Below the pieces are notes generated by a model. That model saw nothing but the letters and a program-made list of their open reading frames with translations. It was not told the origin of the DNA and searched no databases. This document shows positions 35,325-43,200 of a stretch of 55,037 nt of DNA, one piece after another. The stretch's first letter is position 1, and every line of letters begins with the position of its first letter. Position numbers and translations under genes: made by a program. Source of the DNA: an uncultured Gammaproteobacteria bacterium (GTDB lineage Bacteria; Patescibacteriota; Patescibacteriia; UBA11705; JABHMO01); contig CAZPBK010000006.1 in the NCBI GenBank assembly GCA_964584985.1, forward strand, positions 1-55,037, in the 5' to 3' direction.

Positions 35325-37190
35325 ATGGATAGTTTTTTTGTTTTATTGAAGGATAAGAGCAGTATTAAGAGAAAGGGCGGTTTTTTTTCACTGGCTTTTG
35401 TTTTTGTGGTTGTTTTTTTCTTTTTTGGCGGACAGGTTTTAGCGTCGGATTCCGAAGTTTTTTCCGGATTTTTATCTCCGGAAATGAGAACTCCTGAAGT
35501 TTTGTCAAAAAATCAAATAAAATGGCCTTTCTATGACCGATCCTTTGGTGAAAAATGGTTTGAGCTTCGGAGTAAGTCCGGAGAGCTTTTAAAAAAAGTG
35601 GAGGATTTGGATTTGACTTATATTATTGAAAAAAATTTGCAACCAAATACCGGCTATCAGCGTCGAATACATGCTTGCAAGGAAGATACTTATGCGGCTT
35701 CAGCTTTGTCCGAAAAGGTTTTCACTTTGGCCGCCAGACCGCAAATCAAGGCAGTCTATGTTCAGCCAAATGGAAATATCGGTTTGGAGGTTGATCATCA
35801 GGGAAATCCAAAATATACAAAGTATGCCATTTATGAAAAGGAAAGAGATTTGTGGTTGCAACCTAATTATACATTGGGTAAAAGAAGAGTTTTTCAGCCT
35901 TATTCAGATTGGATTGCTGATACCAGAGCGGTGCAAATAAAACAAACCGAGCCTGAACAAAAATATGTTTTTGCCGTTCAAGCCAAAAATGAAGAAGGCA
36001 ATAAAACCAATTTGTCTGAATACCGAGAGGTTGTTTCCGCTGATCTGGATAATCCGAATTTGTTGATAAAAAAGAAAGTGGGAGTGGATCTGGAAAAAAA
36101 AATGGCAAGAGGTTTTTATATGGGGGATTTGGTTTTTGCCGGTATAAATTCAGATTGGGCGAAAACCCTTCCGGTTTATTCCGTTTATTTGAATTGGATT
36201 ATTTTTGGCTTTGCGATTTTACTGGTTCTTTTTTTGTCAGGTCTAATTTTAAATTCCAAAAGATCTAAATCAGTAAAATATATCCCCGAGGTTTTGCTTG
36301 ATGATTGGAGGCGACGGGAAGTTGATGCTTATTATCATTTAATGCATGGCCAGGGGAAAAGCGACAATCATCAGCGTTATCATAGACATAAACATTTTTA
36401 TCGCTGGTCGGGTTATTCTTTCTTGGGACTTGTTTTGTCTTTGGCCGTAAAATTGGGAGTGTTTGTTCTGGCTTTTGTTCTTATTTACGGACAGGTTCCC
36501 ATTATGGCTTTTTCCGATCAAAACAAGCACCCCGTTCCCGAAGATGGTGCTTTAATCTACGAAGTCTTGGTTGAAAATACGGGTAGAAAAACCGAAGCAG
36601 GTGTTTTTATAGAGGAAAAAATTCCTCAAAAGGTTTCTTATGTAAATTCCAGTATGACGGTTAACGGTTTGGCGCAAACGGACGATCGGGATGATGATCA
36701 AGCTTTTATTAAAGAAAACTTGATAAAAACCAAAGTGCGGGATCTTGCTCCGGGAGAAAAGGTTGTTCTAAGGTTTAAGGTTTTAATTAAAGGGGAGCCT
36801 GAAGAAGTGATCAGTAATGAAGCTGTAATCAAATATAACCGGGGTGATTTTTTTACCAGAAGCAAAAAAGTAAGCAATAAAATAGTTAAAAAACAAGATT
36901 TTAATTTGGCCAGCTTGCAGGTGCAAAATATCAGTGAAAAAGCAGAGCCCGTATTTTCTTATGATGAAGCTGATTGGTATGTTCAAGTTATAGATCAATA
37001 TATAAATTTTAGCCGAAAATCCAAAAATGATTTTAGAAAATATATAATGTATGATATTGAGCCTTTGGAAAAAAATAGATTGAAGCAGTATAGAGCCGAA
37101 GATGTTTTCAAAATAATTTTTGAGCATTCTCCGGAAAAAGAGGTTGAAAAAGCGGTGGTCAAGGCCGTAGCTTATATTTTAGTGCGTTAA
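35325..37190 (+). CDS. membrane protein: two FN3-like domains, a TM hairpin, and a DUF11-like domain; paralog of an internal module of the downstream giant protein
   Basis: 621 aa. Collinear by-eye similarity to giant-protein residues about 1476-1935 (for example TLAARPQIKAVYV.../TLAAQPQINKVEI..., HKHFYRWSG/HKHFYRLRG, and the DUF11-like segment). Confidence 0.8.
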   Translation: MDSFFVLLKDKSSIKRKGGFFSLAFVFVVVFFFFGGQVLASDSEVFSGFLSPEMRTPEVLSKNQIKWPFYDRSFGEKWFELRSKSGELLKKVEDLDLTYIIEKNLQPNTGYQRRIHACKEDTYAASALSEKVFTLAARPQIKAVYVQPNGNIGLEVDHQGNPKYTKYAIYEKERDLWLQPNYTLGKRRVFQPYSDWIADTRAVQIKQTEPEQKYVFAVQAKNEEGNKTNLSEYREVVSADLDNPNLLIKKKVGVDLEKKMARGFYMGDLVFAGINSDWAKTLPVYSVYLNWIIFGFAILLVLFLSGLILNSKRSKSVKYIPEVLLDDWRRREVDAYYHLMHGQGKSDNHQRYHRHKHFYRWSGYSFLGLVLSLAVKLGVFVLAFVLIYGQVPIMAFSDQNKHPVPEDGALIYEVLVENTGRKTEAGVFIEEKIPQKVSYVNSSMTVNGLAQTDDRDDDQAFIKENLIKTKVRDLAPGEKVVLRFKVLIKGEPEEVISNEAVIKYNRGDFFTRSKKVSNKIVKKQDFNLASLQVQNISEKAEPVFSYDEADWYVQVIDQYINFSRKSKNDFRKYIMYDIEPLEKNRLKQYRAEDVFKIIFEHSPEKEVEKAVVKAVAYILVR

Positions 37191-37275
37191 TTTTTAGTAT
37201 GTTTTTAGACATATTTTGTAAGGAAAAGTTTTTAAATAAGCTCTAAAATAATATAATAGAGCTGAAATTTATGTT

Positions 37276-40200
37276 ATGCTAAGGCGGTTGAAGAAAAATT
37301 GGAATAGATTAAAAACCTTGTCTGTTTTTTGGCCGGGTTTGTTTTTGGTTGTGGGTGTGTGTTTGTTGCTTTTTTTTGATGCCAAGGCCTTTACTTGGAC
37401 TACGAATTCAATAAATGATTCTTATTCTGTTGGTTATTCCAATAACCGATCTATTTCCACCTATGTAGTTGACTCTGATCATCAGTATTATGCTTATGTA
37501 AATGGAAGCTGGGATGCTTTGCGTTACGCCTATAACAATAATGGCAGTTGGACTTATGCCAGTGGCGGGGACGGTTTGCTTAGAGGGAGTATGCCGGCCG
37601 GGGATGTCGACGACCGCAACGGAACCGACATAGCCTTGGATGGTTCCACTCCGGTTATTTCTTTTTCCAGTACTACGGACGGAGTTTATGTCGCCAGGCA
37701 AGATACCAACTATAACAGGAGTGCGGATGATTCGGGATGGTCTTTTGAAGAAGTTTATACAGGTGCTCATGTTATAGAGTCCAATCTGGAGATAGATAGT
37801 ATAGGTGTTCCACACTTGGCTTTTTATAATAGCGATGATAGTGAAATTATTTACGCCCATGAAGATGAGGGGATCAATGATCCGGATTGCGGAACTTTGG
37901 GAGATTGGCAGTGTGAGGTGGTGGCCGGTACCGGAATCACGGGGGTTATGCCCAGAATGATTTTGCGCTCTTCTGATGATATGCCCGTGGTTGTTTTTGC
38001 CGATGTAGGCAATAACGAAGTAATCATGGCTGTTCGTAATGGTGGTGGCAGTGGAACTTGTCCGGATAATAATGAGTGGAACTGTTATACGGTGTACGAT
38101 TCGGTTTATACTTCCGAGCGTTATACGAGGATGGGGTTGGCTGAAAATTCCAACGGTCAATTCGGAGTTGTTTTTCCCAGCTCTACAGAGAAGTTGGATT
38201 ATGCCATTCATGATGCCGGAGATTATTCCTCTTGGACGGTTACCAATGTAGAAGACTCCGGAGGCTGGTTTGGTGCGGACCTTACCTACAACGGCACCAC
38301 TCCGATGTTTGCTTCGTATCATGATCATACTTCGTCAACTCCTTATGATTTGGTTTTCTACAGTTACGATGGAGCGACCTGGCAGACTGAGACAATAGAT
38401 GATACTTCAAATAATTGTTTTGATTTTGATTTGGAAAACGATGGTTCTTTTACTTTGGCGGCTTTTGGCCATGACGATGGTAGCTCTGATTTATATCCGT
38501 ATTATTCCACGGCCACGGTTACTTATAATAGTTTACCAACGATTTCCAGTTCAGGATCCCCCGAGCAACACTCAATGGATTTTTTAAGCAGTACACATGT
38601 TTATTATTATTGGACTCCGACCGAAGCTAATATCGGTAAAGTTATCTGGCGTAACTGGGTGGCGGATGGTGATAACGATGGAGTAATGCTTAAATTTGAA
38701 TACTCGGATGATGGGGGTGCCAATTGGTATGATCCATACATTGATTCCATTTTATACACCAATGCGGATCTAGATAACAGTCAAACCTACCAAGTGGGTA
38801 CAAATACCAAGATTGATATTGCCGGTGGCGAGGACAGTGTAATGATTTATTGGGATCCTAAATCAGCCAATAATGAAAAACCGATTGATGATGTGGAAAA
38901 CAGCAATGTTATGCTCAGGGTGACTCCGCACGACGGCACTTCCGCCGGTTCGGCTTCCGCTACCGGAGCTTTTTCCGTGGATACCTTGGACCCTTCCGGG
39001 CTGGGTAGTTTTAGCGCTGATACGGTAAACAGTACCAGCGTGGATTTTAGTTGGGATACGGTGACTGAAAATAATTTCCATAATTATGAGATCTGGGTTG
39101 GTCGTGATCAGACAAATGTGCAAAACAGAACCAATAGTAGCTCTTGGTCTTACAGTCAATTGGGCGTTAGTCATAATGGTGGAACTCATATGGAAGACTT
39201 TGAACATTTGGATTTTGATATGGATGGGGATGAAGATGTAATAGCTTTTAGTGAAGAAATTGGCAGTAGTTATGACTTAAATTGGTATGAAAATGATGGA
39301 ACGGCCTCTTTTTCCCAACATACGATAATAGAGGGAACTACGGAAGATGTTTATAATGATTTGGTTTTTCAAGTGGTGGATTTTGATGGAGATGAAGATT
39401 ATGATCTTTTAACTTATTATACCAAAAATTCAACCGGATACAGTTATTTCTCTTGGTATGAAAATTCTGGAGATAATTTGACCTTTACAGAGAATTTTAT
39501 TCGTGAGGAGATAGTTCCCGCACCGGAGGATATGGTAGCTTATGATTTTAATTCGGACGGCTATTTGGATGTGGTGACCAGTGATGCTTTTGAAATGTCT
39601 CTTTATTTGAATTCCGGAGATAACTCTAGTTTTACCAAAGAAACGGTCATTGAAAACAGTGATCTTATCCTTGATTTAAAGGTGGGGGATGTTGATGGTG
39701 ATTCTGATATAGATGTGGTCGGTGTAACCGGTTCCGGAGATGATAAAATATATCTTTATAAAAATTCCGGAGATAACTCAAGTTTTACTCGTTCGGAAAT
39801 AGGTAGCGGTTATAATAAAGTTGAACTTGAAGATATAGACCAGGATGGTGATTTGGATGTTTTTGGAGGGATTGAAACTAACAGGCTTTGGTTTAATGAC
39901 GGAGGTGGAAATTTTACTGAACTTGACAGCTGGGAAATGTCTTCTCCGTCCTTGGGATATTGTTATGAGTTGGTGGATTTGGATGAGGATGGTGATTTGG
40001 ACATTGTTGGTATATATAATAACAGTGATGTGCAATGGTTTGAAAACAGAGACGGTGATTTTTTCGTGGAGCATGATATAAAAACCGGAGTAGTTGATAA
40101 TATTGAAGGTGTGGTGGTGGCTGATTTTGATATGTTTGGAATGGACGATAAATTGGAAGTTATAAATGTCAACAGAAGTGAAGATAGTCAAGCCTTTTTT

Positions 40201-43200
40201 ATTTCGTCATATTCCACACCAAAGGCCAGGGAGTGGACTGCCATGGAAGATGGTGACTTGGAAACAATTGGTACGGGAACTACTACTTTGACCGGATTAC
40301 AAACCAATCAAGATTATTATTTTAAAATTTGGGGAGTTGATATTTTTAACAACTATACCACGGTTGCCGATATAACCGCTCATACTCCGGCCAGCGTGCC
40401 GGGGCAACCCGAAGTTTCCGCTGAAAGTAATAGTAGTCTGCGTTTGACTATTGATCCCAATAATAATTCATCTTCCGTGGTTTATAAAGCTCATGAAACC
40501 GGTACCGGTGATTATGTGGAGGTTGTGGGTGGTGATTATGTTTTGGGTTCAGCCTTTCCAATGAATTATTATGCTGTCGGGGTGGATGATTGGGGTGGCC
40601 CATCGGGAAGGGAGATAACCGGTCTCTCCACCAATACTGAATATACTTTTGAGATAATCGGAATTGACGATAACAGCACGGAAACAGTAGCTTCGGCTTC
40701 GGCCAGCGCTTACACTATGGCCAATATACCGGGAACGCCAACGGTGACAGCTGAAGGCACTGATACTTTGGGCGTGGCTATTGATCCGAATTCCAATCCG
40801 TCAAATACTGAATATAAAATTAGGGAAACAACAACAGGTAATCATGTTGGGGTACCTATAGGACCTATTATATATTTTATGTTGCAACCGGGAGAGTACT
40901 GGCATGATTATTCCTATTGGGGGAGCTCTTCCGGTCAAACTGTAGATGATCTTTCCACCAATACCCAATATACTTTTGAAGTGACCGCCAGGAACGGCGA
41001 TAATGTGGAGACCTCAGCTTCCGGCACAGCCTCAAAATATACTTTACAGGGAGCACCGACCGGAATCAGCGCGGTTGAACATACTGATTCCATAGATCTT
41101 ACTTTTTCCGGTAGCTTTGCTAATTTGAGCAGTGGCAGTTCGGGGCTTTATATTGAAAATACCACGACGGGTCTTAGTTCTCCTTGGATGGATACCACTT
41201 CGGTTTCCGATACCAGTGCTACAACCGCCAATACCAAATATTCATATTTATTAAAATCTAGAAATGGCGATGGAGTAGAATGTGCCTCTACCGCGACCGA
41301 TGATTTTTACACCTTGCAAAATACGCCAACCGGAGTTAGCGCTAGTGAAATCAGTTCCACTGAAATAATCATTACTGCTACCGGTACCTTGCCCAATCTG
41401 ACCAGTGGCAGTTCAGGCCTTTATTTTGAAAATGTGACCAAAGGCACAAATTCCGGTTGGATTCAAACCAATTCTTGGACCAGTTCAAGCTTGGATGCCG
41501 ACACTGATTATACTTTTAGGGTAAAGGCCAGAAATCAACAAGGAGTGGAAACAGCCTTTAGTCCAATTTCAACGATTACCACCGAGCCGGCACGTCGACA
41601 TGTGCCCGGGGATTCGGGTGAAGACGATGGGGATGATGATGAGGAAGACTCAGGTGATGAGCCGGAGGAAGATGAGCCCGGAGAGTTTGAACCGGCGCCA
41701 TTGATTACTCCGCAGATGTCTGATCCGGTGGTTTTGTCAGATAATTCCATAAAATGGGTTTTTAGCGAGACTTCGGCCAGTGAAACCGGGTATAAACTTT
41801 GGAATAACGAAGATGATTTGATTATAGACATTGAAGAATCGGATTTAAGCTATATTGTTGAAGAAGACTTAAGTCCAAATACTCAATACCAAAGAAAAGT
41901 CAGTTGTTATAATGAATCCGATACCAGCGGTATTTCGGATTTGGCTTCCGCCTATACATTGGCTGCACAGCCACAGATAAACAAGGTTGAGATTTTAACA
42001 GAAGATTCAGTAGGCTTGGAAATAAATACAGCGGGGAATCCGGAAGATACCAAATATGCCGTTTATGAAGCTTTGTCCGGAGGATGGCTTAATGATCAAA
42101 ATGAACTGACAGGAAGTAAGAGCTTTTACTCTTTTAATGATTTGGTTAATGAAGATTCACAAGTTTTGGTTAAAGGACTGGAAATAGGTACGGAATATTC
42201 TTTTCAGATTTTAGCTAAAAGCAAAAGCCAGGTGGAAACCGATTTTTCAGAAGCTTTTAATATTTTAATGACTCCGCCTCATTATCCGTATATTACCGTG
42301 GAAAAAAAGGTGGGAATAAATATTTCAAAACCGGTTGCTTCCGGCTTTCATATTAGTAAAGCTGCCTTAGCCTCCGACGGTGGTTTTATCAAATCTTTAC
42401 CTGTTTATAATAAAATATTGAATAAATACTTATTTGTTGTTTTTGCTGTGTTGTTTGTTTTGGCTTTGTTTATTATTTTTAATTCAATTAGTAAAGAGAC
42501 CTGGAAAAAGTTCAGACATTTACCATCTTTGATTTTTACCGATGTAAGAGCCAAAAAAACAGAGCAAAAATATGAAGAATTGCATGGCAGAGAAAAACCC
42601 AAAAAAGGAATTAAATTCAAGGTTCATAAGCATTTTTATAGATTAAGAGGTGTTGCTTTTTTGAGTTTTCTTCTGGGGGTAGCCGCTAAAGCGGGAATTA
42701 TTATAGTTACCTTATTTTTGGTTTACGGAAGAGTCAGTGTTTTGGCCATTGATGATCAAAATGGAGAAAGTGTAAGTCAGGGTGATATGCTGACTTATCA
42801 AATTATTGTGTCCAATTTGGGAAAATCCCGAGCTAACGATGTTTTGTTGACTGACCCTTTGCCCGATGAAGTTGAGTATGTTTCCGGTAGCGCCAAGGTT
42901 GATGGACAAAAGGTTACTGATGTTTCCGATGAAGACGGTTGGACTTTTATCAGTGGTTTAGGCATGTTGGAAAAGGATAAACTCTTGAAGGACGAAAATA
43001 TTGTGTTGAGTTTTAAGGCTACCGTAGTCAGTGGATCGGGAGCAAGCGTGGAGAATATCGCGACGGTTGGTTACAAGGAAAGCGAGGAAAGAGTTTATTC
43101 CAACGCGGCTATTAATCCTATTGTCGGTGGCCGGGCGTGCAGTGACGGTTTGGATAATGATAATGACGGACTGATTGATTATCCGAATGATTTTGGTTGT

